Source: Chloroflexota bacterium (lineage in GTDB: Bacteria > Chloroflexota > Dehalococcoidia > Lucifugimonadales > Australimonadaceae). Taken from it: a stretch of DNA of 61,274 bases. Below the pieces are notes generated by a model, which saw nothing but the letters and a program-made list of their open reading frames with translations, was not told where the DNA came from and searched no databases. The stretch covers positions 1 through 61,274 of the forward strand of contig JAYNIL010000004.1 in the NCBI GenBank assembly GCA_038109085.1, given 5' to 3'. The position numbers and the translations under genes are program-made. Shown piece after piece: positions 7,493 through 15,732 of this stretch. Numbering within the stretch: the stretch's first letter is position 1; the number at the start of each line of letters is the position of its first letter.

Positions 7493-8758
7493 TTACTTGA
7501 CGCGGGGACCCTGGAGGCGCTGGGCCTCCGGGTCCCGGTCGATGTGCTCCTCAGTGGGGAGCAGCGCCGACCAGGAACGGATGTTGAACAGCTCCGGCTC
7601 GGAGGCTGCCGGGGGCTCGATGCCCTCCTGGAAATCCCGCACGTAACCCTGGAAGAGGCGGCGCAGGGCAATGACCGCCGCATCGGAGGTTCCCAGGTGC
7701 TCTGTGGTGCGGTCCACGATGGCGCCCATGCCCTCCACCATGACCAGGTCCTGGTTGCGGATGCCAGCGATGCCCGTGTACGACCAGGTGCGTTGGGCCT
7801 CGCGGTCGATGCCGTAGCGCTTCGAGCGGTCCGCCGTGATGCGGGCGGTCGCCCTATCGAGGCTGGCGATATGGGGGGTGTCCCCGCCCAGCCAGCGGTC
7901 GCGCTCCGGCTGCTCGATGGCCTCGTCGGTGGCGTAGAGGATGTCCCACACCTCAGAGGTCTCATCATCGATGGGCACCCAGATGTGCACCAGCAGGCGC
8001 TTGAGGTCCAGCGAGGTGGCCACCATGGTGTAAAAGGGCTGAAGGAAGTGGTTGATGCGCCAGTAGTAGCGCCCCTCCTCCGGGGTGTTCCGGCGCGCCG
8101 CGAGCATCATGCCGTAGTCCGTGGGCTGGAGCGTCCAGCGGGGGGCACGGTCGAAGACCCACAGGTCCACGTCCTTGTTGGCCTTCTGGTAGCGCGCGTC
8201 CCAGTGCAGGTAGGAGATATGCGAGGAGTCGACGTCGCCCTCCAGCGACTGGAACCAGGAGCACTCGTGCCGGTACCGGGAGGTGATGCGCTGGTCCTCG
8301 CGCACACGCGTCCACTCGAACTCCGGGAAGGACGGCTGCAGATGGCGCGGGCCCATGTAGGCCCACAGGACGCCGCCGCGCTCCTCCACGGGGTACGCGA
8401 CGGCCTTGAGCTTGTCCTTGAAGGTGGAGCCCGCGGGCTCGGCGGGCATCTCCAGGCAGTTGCCCAGGTGGTCGAACTGCCAGCCGTGGTAGACGCACCG
8501 CAGGCCGTTCTCCTCGTTGCGCCCGTAGAACATGGGAGCGCGCCGGTGGGGGCAGCGCGCCTCCATCAGCCCCACCTTTCCGGAGGGGTCGCGCCAGGCG
8601 ACCAGATCCTCACCCAAGAGGCGCACGTCCTCGGGGGAGCCGCCCGCCTCCAGCCGCCACGATTCCAAGAACGGGGTCCAGAAGCGGCGCAGGTATCCGC
8701 CCATGGGGGTGCCGGGGCCGACCCGGCACAGCAATTCGTTGTCAGCGGCGCTCAGCAT
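7493..8758 (-). CDS. Rieske [2Fe-2S] aromatic ring-hydroxylating oxygenase, alpha-type subunit
   Basis: 421 aa. Rieske motif CPHRRAPMFYGRNEENGLRCVYHGWQF. Paralog of CDS 36147-37316. Confidence 0.88.
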   Translation of the reverse strand: MLSAADNELLCRVGPGTPMGGYLRRFWTPFLESWRLEAGGSPEDVRLLGEDLVAWRDPSGKVGLMEARCPHRRAPMFYGRNEENGLRCVYHGWQFDHLGNCLEMPAEPAGSTFKDKLKAVAYPVEERGGVLWAYMGPRHLQPSFPEFEWTRVREDQRITSRYRHECSWFQSLEGDVDSSHISYLHWDARYQKANKDVDLWVFDRAPRWTLQPTDYGMMLAARRNTPEEGRYYWRINHFLQPFYTMVATSLDLKRLLVHIWVPIDDETSEVWDILYATDEAIEQPERDRWLGGDTPHIASLDRATARITADRSKRYGIDREAQRTWSYTGIAGIRNQDLVMVEGMGAIVDRTTEHLGTSDAAVIALRRLFQGYVRDFQEGIEPPAASEPELFNIRSWSALLPTEEHIDRDPEAQRLQGPRVK

Positions 8759-8866
8759 GACGCATCTCTCCCTCGGTGATGCCCATCCAGCCAGATGGAG
8801 CGAGTGTCCGCCCGCCGGGTCGGTGAGTCAATCACCCAGGGCCCCCGGCGGGGTTTCCAAGGAGCG

Positions 8867-9655
8867 CTAGCGGCTGGTGCGCTGCTCCATGGCGTGGACG
8901 AAGGTGTTGAAGATGGACTCCTGCTGCGAGCGGTGGTTGGGGTTCTGCTGCAGAGGGCCCTTGAGGTGGTCCAGCTGGCCCATCTTGGCCGAGGCTGCCA
9001 GGAACTCCTCCACATCCTCGTAGGGCACGTGGGCGTAATCAGGCCCGCCCGCCACGCGCGCGTACCAGTTCATGCGGGCCTGCTCCTCCAGGTAGAGCAT
9101 GGTGATGACCGAGTCCTCCACGCTGTTCCCCACGGTGGCCGCACCGTGGCCACGCAGCAGCACCGCCTTGGACTTGCCCAGGGTATTAGCCACCTCGATG
9201 CCGTCATCCTCCGAGAGGATCAGCCGCTGGTGGGGGAACATGGGGATCTTGTCCTTGACCAGCCCGTTGCCCTCGTTGCACATGGGGTGGATGTCGCCCT
9301 GGAGCAGCCCCATGACGATGGCGAAGCGCGGGTGCACATGCACCACGGACTGCACCTCAGGGTGCGTCTTGTAGATGCACGAGTGCATCTTCACCTCGTA
9401 ACACTGGCCGGAGCCGATGGGCCCGTCAACCTTGTAGCCGTCCAAGTCGCACACCACCATGTCCTGCCCGCGCATGGCGGAGAGGGCGTCCAGCCGGTAA
9501 CCGCGCCCCTTCACCACGAACTTCCCCGGGTCCGACGGGAGGCGCATCGAGGCGTGCCCCAGGCTCGCCAGCACCCCCGACGCCAGCCCCGACTCCGCCA
9601 ACACGCGGTTGGCCAGCGCAACGTGCTCCTTCACCTCGTCCAGTTCCCTCGCCAT
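8867..9655 (-). CDS. class II aldolase/adducin-family protein
   Basis: 262 aa. Contains GHASMRLP, a VVCDLDG-type region and HSCIYKTHPEVQSVVHVHP. AAGGAGG SD. Confidence 0.82.
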   Translation of the reverse strand: MARELDEVKEHVALANRVLAESGLASGVLASLGHASMRLPSDPGKFVVKGRGYRLDALSAMRGQDMVVCDLDGYKVDGPIGSGQCYEVKMHSCIYKTHPEVQSVVHVHPRFAIVMGLLQGDIHPMCNEGNGLVKDKIPMFPHQRLILSEDDGIEVANTLGKSKAVLLRGHGAATVGNSVEDSVITMLYLEEQARMNWYARVAGGPDYAHVPYEDVEEFLAASAKMGQLDHLKGPLQQNPNHRSQQESIFNTFVHAMEQRTSR

Positions 9656-9756
9656 GCTCAGCCTCCTTGTTCGCCGTGAGTTGCCGTCTGCGTCTGGCCC
9701 GCATGATAGCCCTCCCGCCCCTGGCGTACCGCCCCCCGCTGCTCTAGGCTCTCTCG

Positions 9757-10980
9757 GTGCCTCCCGTCACCGCTCCCGCGCCCGTGATTCCAGCGCCCGT
9801 CCCCGGACGCTGGCGGATGCTGGCGCTGGTGTGGACGGTGTACGTGAGCTTCGGTTTCGCCACCGGCTCCCTGGCCCCCCTGGTGGGGGTGGTCATCGCG
9901 GACCTGGGGATGACCAACGCCCAGATGGGGCTGGTGCTGGGCGCCTGGCAGTTGGTGTACATCGCCTCCTCCGGCCCGCTGGGAGCCCTGGTAGACCGGC
10001 TCGGCCCCAAGCGGGCCATCCTCATCGGCATGAGCATCGGTCTGGTGAGCATGCTCACTCGTGGCCTCTCCCCCAACTCCGCCGTGCTGTTCGCCACGGT
10101 GGCGCTGTTCGGCGTTGGCGGTCCGGTCATCTCCATCGGCGCGCCCAAGGTGGTGAGCATCTGGCTCAGCGGTCCCCGGCGTGGGGTGGCCGCCGGGCTG
10201 TACGCCACGGCTCCGGTAGTGGGCAACGCCTTCGCCTTCTTCACGGCGGCCAACGTGGTGGAGCCACTGTTCGGGAGCTGGCGCGGCATCAGCGTCTTCT
10301 ACGGCGGGCTGATGGCCGTAATCCTGGTGGCCTGGTGGGCTCTGGCGCTGGAGGCCCCCGCCGGTGCCGGCGCGCCGGCACGCAAGCCCGGTGAGCCCGG
10401 TGCGGCGCGCACGCTGCTGCGCATCCGCAACGTGCAGATCATCCTGCTGCTGGCCTTTGGCGCGTTCCTGCTGAACCACGGCCTGAACAACTGGCTGCCC
10501 ACGCTGCTGCGCGAGCGCAGTTTCAGCGCCGGGGCGGCGGGGACGTGGATGGCCTTCGCCACGCTCTTCTCCGGCGTGGGCATGTTCCTCATGCCCTCCC
10601 TGGCCAAACGCGGGCGCCGGGTGCTGGTGCTGACGCTGATGCTCACGGGCACCATTGCCGCCACGGCGGGGCTGGCCCTGCTGGCCGGGCCGGGACTGCT
10701 GGCGGTGCTCTTCGCCTCCGGGGCCCTGCGCGCCCCACTGATGCCGGTGCTGACGCTGGTGCTCATGGAGACTCCGGGGGTGGGCGCACGGCGCATGGGA
10801 ACGGCGGCGGGTTTATTCTTCGCCGCCGCCGAGGTGGGCGGCTTCTCCGGCCCCTTCTTTCTGGGTGCGGTGCGTGATGCCACCGGAAGCCTCACCGCCG
10901 GGGTGCTGGCCTTCGCGGGGGTGCTGGCGCCCATGTTGGTGCTCACGCGCCTCCTGCGCGAGCCGGAACCCGACGACTAG
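9757..10980 (+). CDS. MFS transporter
   Basis: 407 aa, about 12 hydrophobic segments. GTG start as in the track; ML at 9817 is an alternative start. Confidence 0.8.
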   Translation: MPPVTAPAPVIPAPVPGRWRMLALVWTVYVSFGFATGSLAPLVGVVIADLGMTNAQMGLVLGAWQLVYIASSGPLGALVDRLGPKRAILIGMSIGLVSMLTRGLSPNSAVLFATVALFGVGGPVISIGAPKVVSIWLSGPRRGVAAGLYATAPVVGNAFAFFTAANVVEPLFGSWRGISVFYGGLMAVILVAWWALALEAPAGAGAPARKPGEPGAARTLLRIRNVQIILLLAFGAFLLNHGLNNWLPTLLRERSFSAGAAGTWMAFATLFSGVGMFLMPSLAKRGRRVLVLTLMLTGTIAATAGLALLAGPGLLAVLFASGALRAPLMPVLTLVLMETPGVGARRMGTAAGLFFAAAEVGGFSGPFFLGAVRDATGSLTAGVLAFAGVLAPMLVLTRLLREPEPDD

Positions 10981-12248
10981 ACCGGCCCGCGCCCGCGCTC
11001 ACGCACCGGAACCAGTGAGCCCATGCCCAGGGCGATGGCACCCGCCAGGGCGAGCCAGGCGGCCTTGTAGCCGACACCGTCGGCGATGAGGCCGAAGAGG
11101 GGCGGGGCGATGACGATGGCCGAGCGGCCCACCATGGACGCATAGCCAATGGTGGTGCCTACCTGCCCCGGCTCGCACAGCTCGGCCAGCAGCACGTTCT
11201 GCACGCTGACCCAGGAGGTGGCGGTGGCACCCAGAGCCACGGCCACGAGCCCCAGCGCCCACACGGGCGTGCCCGCGGGCAGCATCGCCACCAGCACCAG
11301 CACCGCCACGGCGCCGGTGGCGGCGACGAACAGCACGGGCTTGCGCCGCCCACCTCCCACGGTGTCGGACAGCACCCCCCAGGCGATGCGCATCACGAAG
11401 GAGGAGGCCTGCAGCCCCGCCAGCAGGCCACCGCCCACCACCACCGCCACGCCCAGCGAGTCGCGCAGGTAGAGCAGGAAATAGGTGAGGGTGGCCACCT
11501 GCGCGCCCACCAGGGGGAAGCCGAAGCCCACCACCAGGGCGATGTCACGATTGCCCATCACGCGGCGCATCCCCTCCTTGAAGGAGAGGCTCCCCCCCTT
11601 GCGCGCGGCGGCCGCTCCCGGCCTATCACGGTAGAGCACCACGATGAGGCACCCGCCCACCGCAATGAAGCAGCCCAGCGCCACGGCGGCGGTGCGCCAG
11701 CCGAACGCCACGGCCAGGGGCGGGACCACTGCGGCGGCGGTGGCCGCCAGGATGGGGTTGCCCGCCTGCTTGATTGACATGGCCGTGCCCCGGCGCTTGG
11801 CGCCCACCCAGTCCATGATGGCGCGCGTCCCCGCCGGGTGCCCCACGGGGCGCAGGGAGCCCATGAGCGCGGCGACCAACAGCACGGTGAGGAAGCTGGA
11901 GGTGAGCGCCAGCAGGGAGACGAAGGCCCCGGAGAGCACCATGAACCCACCTGAGACGAAGCGCACGCCGAAGCGATCGATGGCCCAGCCGAACCCCGCC
12001 GAGGTGACGGTGGCCGCGCCGAAGATGGTTCCGGTGATGAGCCCCACCTGTGTGCGGGTAAGGCCCAGGTCGTCCTGGATGAAGGGGTAGAAGGGGGTGA
12101 AGCCCTGGCCGGAGAGGGAGAAGCCGCCGTGACTCAGGACGGCGAGTCCGATGACGGCAATGGGGTACCAGCGCGCCCCCGCCAGCCCGCGCGCCTGTGG
12201 CGCCTGCTCTCCGTCCTGCGGCGCCTCAGGCACCGGGGGTGGGCTCAA
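10977..12248 (-). CDS. MFS transporter
   Basis: 423 aa polytopic membrane protein. The start is uncertain because it overlaps the upstream esterase stop by 23 nt. Confidence 0.78.
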   Translation of the reverse strand: MSPPPVPEAPQDGEQAPQARGLAGARWYPIAVIGLAVLSHGGFSLSGQGFTPFYPFIQDDLGLTRTQVGLITGTIFGAATVTSAGFGWAIDRFGVRFVSGGFMVLSGAFVSLLALTSSFLTVLLVAALMGSLRPVGHPAGTRAIMDWVGAKRRGTAMSIKQAGNPILAATAAAVVPPLAVAFGWRTAAVALGCFIAVGGCLIVVLYRDRPGAAAARKGGSLSFKEGMRRVMGNRDIALVVGFGFPLVGAQVATLTYFLLYLRDSLGVAVVVGGGLLAGLQASSFVMRIAWGVLSDTVGGGRRKPVLFVAATGAVAVLVLVAMLPAGTPVWALGLVAVALGATATSWVSVQNVLLAELCEPGQVGTTIGYASMVGRSAIVIAPPLFGLIADGVGYKAAWLALAGAIALGMGSLVPVRERGRGPV

Positions 12249-13008
12249 ATGGCGGATAGGTGCGCGGGTTCAGCACGTGCCGGTCCAGGAACAGGTGGGC
12301 CTGCCCGGCGCACCCCTCGGCCAGCTCCGGGTGGCGGTCGAAGGCGTGGGGGACCCCGTCCAGCAGGTGCAACTCGGCCGGCACGTCCGCGGCGCGCAGT
12401 GCCTCGTACACGCGCACGCTGGCCTCCGGCGCCACCGTCACGTCGCGGTTGCCGTGGATGAGCACCGTGGGAGGGTAGCCCGCGCGCACGTGGTAGAGAG
12501 CGTCCGTCGCCGTGAGCACTGCCTCCCGGCCTGCGCTCTGGGGCACTATGCCGCCCGCGTCCGCGTTGGCCTTGGAGGGCGGGTAGTAGGCGAGGCACGC
12601 GGCTGGAGCGCCGCCCTCCCCCGGCTGGCCCGCCGTGAGCAGCGCCAGCAGCCCACCGGCGGAGAAGCCACCCACGGCTACCTTCGCCGGGTCAACGCCC
12701 CAGCGCCCAGCGTTGGTGCGGGCGAAGCGCATCGCTGCCTGCGCGTCCTCCAACTGCGCTGGCCAGGTGCCCTGGTGGGCGAGGCGATACTGGGCGGCCA
12801 CGGCCACGTAGCCCAGGCGCACGAAGGGGCTGATGCGCGCGGCGATGGCCGAGTAGGTCCCGGCGCGGAAGCCGCCGCCGTGGAAGAAGACCACCGCCCC
12901 CCCGTTCCCCGTGCCCTTCGCGGGCAAGTGCACGTCCGCGTGCAGCGTTAGACCGGGGGCCTGCCCCACCACCACGTCGCGCTCGATGCCGGGCTCAGCC
13001 ATCACCAC
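12226..13008 (-). CDS. alpha/beta-hydrolase esterase/lipase (HSL-like)
   Basis: 260 aa. Oxyanion motif HGGGF and nucleophile elbow GFSAGG. GGAGGTG SD. Confidence 0.85.
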   Translation of the reverse strand: MVMAEPGIERDVVVGQAPGLTLHADVHLPAKGTGNGGAVVFFHGGGFRAGTYSAIAARISPFVRLGYVAVAAQYRLAHQGTWPAQLEDAQAAMRFARTNAGRWGVDPAKVAVGGFSAGGLLALLTAGQPGEGGAPAACLAYYPPSKANADAGGIVPQSAGREAVLTATDALYHVRAGYPPTVLIHGNRDVTVAPEASVRVYEALRAADVPAELHLLDGVPHAFDRHPELAEGCAGQAHLFLDRHVLNPRTYPPFEPTPGA

Positions 13009-13070
13009 CTCCCGCCCGCGATGGCAGGCGCAGCGAGTCTACCCCGGCGCGGCCGGAGCGAACAGCAGGG

Positions 13071-13259
13071 CTAGGTACGGGGGGTGCGCACCGGCCAGTC
13101 CTGGATGGTCTGGAGGTAGCGATCCCACGCCTCCACCACAAGCGCGTGGGTGGCTGCCAATTCAGACGCGGGCACGCAGCGCAGGCGCGCCTGGTCCTCA
13201 AGCAGCGAGAGGTCGTACCAGATCATGTAGCTCCGCTCGCGCTCGGACTCGGGCACCAT
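13071..13259 (-). CDS. possible small protein (62 aa; alternative 51-aa form from ATG 13226)
   Basis: This is the C-terminal part of track ORF 13071-13574, lying in the gap after pheS. It reads MVPESERERSYMIWYDLSLLEDQARLRCVPASELAATHALVVEAWDRYLQTIQDWPVRTPRT. Codons are GC3-rich. No homology recognised. Confidence 0.35.
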   Translation of the reverse strand: MVPESERERSYMIWYDLSLLEDQARLRCVPASELAATHALVVEAWDRYLQTIQDWPVRTPRT

Positions 13260-13278
13260 GGCGGCCACGGCAAGGCTC

Positions 13279-14298
13279 CTAAAACTGGCGCAGGAAGCGG
13301 GGATCCGAGGCCAGGAAGTGGCGGATGTCGTTGATGCCGTAGCGCAGCATGGCGATGCGCTCCGGCCCCATGCCGAAGGCGAAGCCGGTGACCTCGTCCG
13401 GGTCGTAGCCCACCCCCCGCAGCACGTTGGGGTGCACCATGCCCGCGCCCAGTATCTCCAGCCAGCGCCCGCGCCACTCGATGGACATGTCAACGCCGGG
13501 TTCAACAAACGGGAAGTAGTCGCACCGGAAGCGCACGCGGGTGCCGGGACCGAACATGCGGCGGGCGAACTCATAGAGGGTGTGCTTGAGGTTGGCGAAG
13601 GTGATGCCCCGATCCACCACCAGCCCCTCCACCTGGTGGAACTGCGACTCGTGGGTCGCGTCGGTGGCCTCGTACCGGTAGCACTTGCCCGGCACTACCA
13701 CGCGTATGGGCGGCTGGTGCGCCTCCATGATGCGCGCCTGCATGGGCGAGGTGTGGGTGCGCAGCAACAGCGACTGGCCCGGCTGCGGGCCAGGTGGGGT
13801 GTCCAGCCAGAAGGTGTCGAACATGTCGCGCGCCGGGTGGTCGGGCGGGATGTTCAGCAACTCGAAGTTGTACCGGTCCCACTCCACCTCGGGGCCCTCC
13901 ACGGTCTGGAAGCCCATGTCACGGAAGATGCCCGTTATCTCCCGCAGGATGCGCGTGGAGGGGTGGTAGCGTCCCAGCGCTGCGCGCCGCCCCGGCAGCG
14001 TGACGTCCAGCGTGTCGGTGGCGAGGCCCGCGAAGCGCGCCTCGGTCAGCGCGCGCTCGCGCTCGGCCAGCGCCGCCTCCAGCGCACCCTTGGCCTCGTT
14101 GGCGGCGGCGCCCATGGCCCGGCGCTCCTCCGGGGGGAGGACCCCCAGCCCACGCAGCACGCCGGTCAGGCGGCCAGAGCGGCCCAGCCAGCCCACGCGC
14201 CACGCCTCCAGCGCCGCATCGTCCGCAGCGGCGGCCAGGGCTGCCAGCGCCTCAGCCTGGAGCGCCTTGAGGGTGTCGAGGGAGGGAGCGTCGGGCAT
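13279..14298 (-). CDS. pheS: phenylalanine--tRNA ligase alpha subunit
   Basis: [33 protein letters not shown], and class II synthetase motifs. I chose the start at MPDAPSL (ATG 14298) rather than the 395-aa track ORF. Confidence 0.93.
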   Translation of the reverse strand: MPDAPSLDTLKALQAEALAALAAAADDAALEAWRVGWLGRSGRLTGVLRGLGVLPPEERRAMGAAANEAKGALEAALAERERALTEARFAGLATDTLDVTLPGRRAALGRYHPSTRILREITGIFRDMGFQTVEGPEVEWDRYNFELLNIPPDHPARDMFDTFWLDTPPGPQPGQSLLLRTHTSPMQARIMEAHQPPIRVVVPGKCYRYEATDATHESQFHQVEGLVVDRGITFANLKHTLYEFARRMFGPGTRVRFRCDYFPFVEPGVDMSIEWRGRWLEILGAGMVHPNVLRGVGYDPDEVTGFAFGMGPERIAMLRYGINDIRHFLASDPRFLRQF

Positions 14299-14343
14299 GG
14301 TCAGGGCCTCGCGGGAAGAGTTTGGGGAGTATAACAGCGCCTT

Positions 14344-14445
14344 CCCCGCTCGCTCTGCTCGCTCTACGGAAGGGGGGGCTCCCCCTTCGGCCCTGAAGGG
14401 CCTACCCCCGTCTCCGCGCCCTCGGCGGGCGCTCATGGCAGCAAG
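14344..14445. repeat. copy B of the roughly 100-nt three-hairpin intergenic element
   Basis: Same strand and order as 5643-5743. Hairpins: GAAGGGGG/CCCCCTTC (14369-14388), GGCCC/GGGCC (14389-14402), GCGCCC/GGGCGC (14416-14432). Confidence 0.75.
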
Positions 14446-14474
14446 CGTAACGCCAGCCTGTAACAAGAACCAAC

Positions 14475-14498
14475 GGCTCCCCCCAGTCGGGGGGAGCC
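14475..14498 (-). terminator. intrinsic terminator of hsp20
   Basis: GGCTCCCCCC / GGGGGGAGCC stem with loop AGTC. On the minus strand it is followed by the U-rich GUUGGUUCUUGUUA. Confidence 0.8.
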
Positions 14499-14525
14499 GC
14501 CCTGCTAGCCATCGAACCCAACTTC

Positions 14526-14969
14526 TTAGGCTGCGGCCGCCTTGACCTCGACACTGATGCGCCGGGCCTTCTTCTCCTCCGCCTTGGGCAGGGTGATGGT
14601 GAGGACGCCGTTGGCGTAGGACGAGGCGGTCTTGGCCGCGTCTACCGAGTTGGGCAGGCGCAGCGCCCGGTAGAAGGTGCCGGTTCGCCGCTCACGGAGC
14701 AGGTAGTCGCCCTCGGCGCGCTCGGTCTCCGACGCCGCCTCGGCGCGGATGGCGAGGGTGCCGTCTTCGATGCTAACGGCGATGTCCGCGGGCTTCACAC
14801 CGGGGATGGCCGCGTGGACGACGATGTCGTCACCCGAGCGCACCACGTCGACGGGGATGGGCCACGACTCCGGCTCGGCGGCCCCGGGGCCCGCACCGCT
14901 CCAGAGCCGGTCCATCAGCCGCTCCAAGTGCCGCACGTCACGGAAGGGGTCCAAGCGCACCAGTGCCAT
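14526..14969 (-). CDS. Hsp20/alpha-crystallin small heat-shock protein
   Basis: 147 aa with an alpha-crystallin core ([31 protein letters not shown]). GAGGAGG SD. Confidence 0.92.
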   Translation of the reverse strand: MALVRLDPFRDVRHLERLMDRLWSGAGPGAAEPESWPIPVDVVRSGDDIVVHAAIPGVKPADIAVSIEDGTLAIRAEAASETERAEGDYLLRERRTGTFYRALRLPNSVDAAKTASSYANGVLTITLPKAEEKKARRISVEVKAAAA

Positions 14970-15044
14970 GTCTGCCTCCTCTGTCTCTCTCTGTTGGTGC
15001 TACCGGCAGTCCTGGGTTAGAGCGATGCCGGTAAGTTGAGTTAG

Positions 15045-15073
15045 TTTGTATCAAATATCGTTGTTCATGTAAA
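15045..15073 (-). promoter_or_regulatory. sigma-70-type promoter of hsp20
   Basis: On the minus strand, TTTACA (15068-15073), a 17-nt spacer, then TACAAA (15045-15050), in the only AT-rich stretch of the region. It predicts a 5' UTR of about 70 nt. Confidence 0.55.
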
Positions 15074-15108
15074 TAGATCTTAGTCGATACGGCGCAAGTT
15101 GCTCGTGC

Positions 15109-15114
15109 TAGGAT
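15109..15114 (+). promoter_or_regulatory. -10 box (TAGGAT), leaderless-type, for rdgB
   Basis: The hexamer ends 6 nt before ATG 15121. No SD. The -35 is weak. Confidence 0.35.
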
Positions 15115-15120
15115 ACTCCC

Positions 15121-15732
15121 ATGGGCCGTCTGCTCATCGCCACCAACAACGCCCACAAGGTGACCGAGTTCCGGCGCCTACTGGGCGCGTGCGGCTGGGC
15201 GCTGGTGACGCCGCGCGAGGTGGGCCTGGCGCTGGACGTGGCGGAGGACGGAACGACCTTCGCCCAGAACGCCGCCCTCAAGGCGCACGCCTTCGCCAAG
15301 GCCAGCGGCCTGCCCGCCCTGGCGGACGATTCCGGCATCGAGGTGGACGCGCTGGGCGGGCGCCCCGGCGTCTACTCGGCGCGCTACGGCGGGCCGAGCC
15401 TGATCGACGCGGGTCGCGTGGGGCTGCTGCTCCAGGAGCTGGCTGGCGTGCCCGACACGCGGCGCACGGCGCGCTACCTGGTGGTGCTGGCCCTGGCGCT
15501 GCCCGATGGGGCGCTGCGCACCGCCGAGGGGGCATGCGAGGGGCGCATCGCGCACCGCCCGCAGGGCACCGGAGGCTTCGGCTACGACCCCGTCTTTTTC
15601 ATCGCCCAGCATGGCTGCACCGTGGGTGACCTCTCGCCCGCGCAGAAGGACGCAATCTCCCACCGTGGCCAGGCCGCGCGCGCCATGGCCTTCTTGCTGC
15701 GCGAGCTGGCCGCGCACGGGGCGACAGCGTGA
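15121..15732 (+). CDS. rdgB: non-canonical purine NTP pyrophosphatase (RdgB/HAM1)
   Basis: 203 aa. LLIATNNAHKVTEFRRLL, GFGYDPVF and SHRG motifs. Confidence 0.9.
   Translation: MGRLLIATNNAHKVTEFRRLLGACGWALVTPREVGLALDVAEDGTTFAQNAALKAHAFAKASGLPALADDSGIEVDALGGRPGVYSARYGGPSLIDAGRVGLLLQELAGVPDTRRTARYLVVLALALPDGALRTAEGACEGRIAHRPQGTGGFGYDPVFFIAQHGCTVGDLSPAQKDAISHRGQAARAMAFLLRELAAHGATA

Noticed and set aside
7544-8779. Long antisense or off-frame ORFs throughout the window. Examples: 7544-8779 (+), 19360-20688 (-), 28013-29626 (+), 40786-42105 (-), 54725-55870 (-), 55955-57286 (-), 57353-58654 (-), 48211-49425 (-).
   Set aside because: Their translations are Arg/Gly/Ala/Pro/His-rich low-complexity strings, typical of non-coding frames in GC-rich DNA. 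Each lies opposite or out of frame to a gene with unmistakable family motifs (Rieske, PcrA, GT2, Der, RpoB, redoxin).
14299-14525. T-box or other tRNA-sensing leader upstream of pheS (and 48461-48585 upstream of pheT).
   Set aside because: The regions are too short or lack a recognisable specifier loop, T-box sequence and terminator/antiterminator pair. The structure present at pheS is the repeated three-hairpin element, which also occurs upstream of an unrelated gene.
15121-15732. Molybdenum-cofactor riboswitch upstream of moaA or moeA.
   Set aside because: moaA overlaps the rdgB stop and moeA starts 2 nt after pheT. There is no leader in which a riboswitch could reside.
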